DNA of 64,000 bases, taken from Selaginella moellendorffii (Eukaryota > Plantae > Lycopodiophyta). The stretch covers positions 1,068,268 to 1,132,267 of the forward strand of contig NW_003314326.1 in NCBI RefSeq assembly GCF_000143415.4. The letters are read 5' to 3'. The position numbers and the translations under genes were made by a program. The notes below the pieces were generated by a model. It had not been told where the DNA came from and did no database searches. It saw nothing but the letters and a program-made list of their open reading frames with translations. Shown here in pieces: positions 63,949 through 64,000 of the stretch (the first letter of the stretch is position 1; each line of letters begins with the position of its first letter).

Positions 63949-64000
<52 letters not shown>
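63888..64000. repeat. Compound microsatellite (ATAC/ATATAC, AC, AT)
   Basis: Directly visible. Confidence 0.97.

Overview
Plant nuclear DNA. Very short 45-80 bp introns and tightly packed genes suggest a compact non-seed-plant genome such as the lycophyte Selaginella (inference). Positions 1 to about 56 kb are a stack of nested, mostly decayed Ty3/Gypsy LTR retrotransposons, TRIMs (including a 5S-rRNA-carrying Cassandra-type tandem array) and one intact secreted S-protein-homologue gene. Positions 57-64 kb are a gene island with two tandem 4CL-like acyl-CoA synthetases, a jacalin lectin and tRNA-Leu(AAG). The standout is a 13.0-kb DNA transposon (14089-27121) with perfect 24-bp TIRs and a 4-bp GATT target-site duplication, which splits a Gypsy RT exactly at YPLPRI|EDL. 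It encodes a disabled Sola-like DDD transposase. Divergently, it carries an apparently intact spliced gene of about 1,590 aa joining a ParB-like domain, a degenerate beta-class amino-DNA-methyltransferase-like fold, an acidic linker and an FCP1/NIF-type HAD phosphatase. About 20 copies of a 22-bp palindrome, ATGGCRTG-N6-CAYGCCAT, are scattered through the element, including four of its mini-introns, and I saw none elsewhere in the window. This is a candidate ParB/parS-like or VANC-like self-recognition or anti-silencing system. Domain calls are motif recognition by eye and need HMM or structure confirmation.
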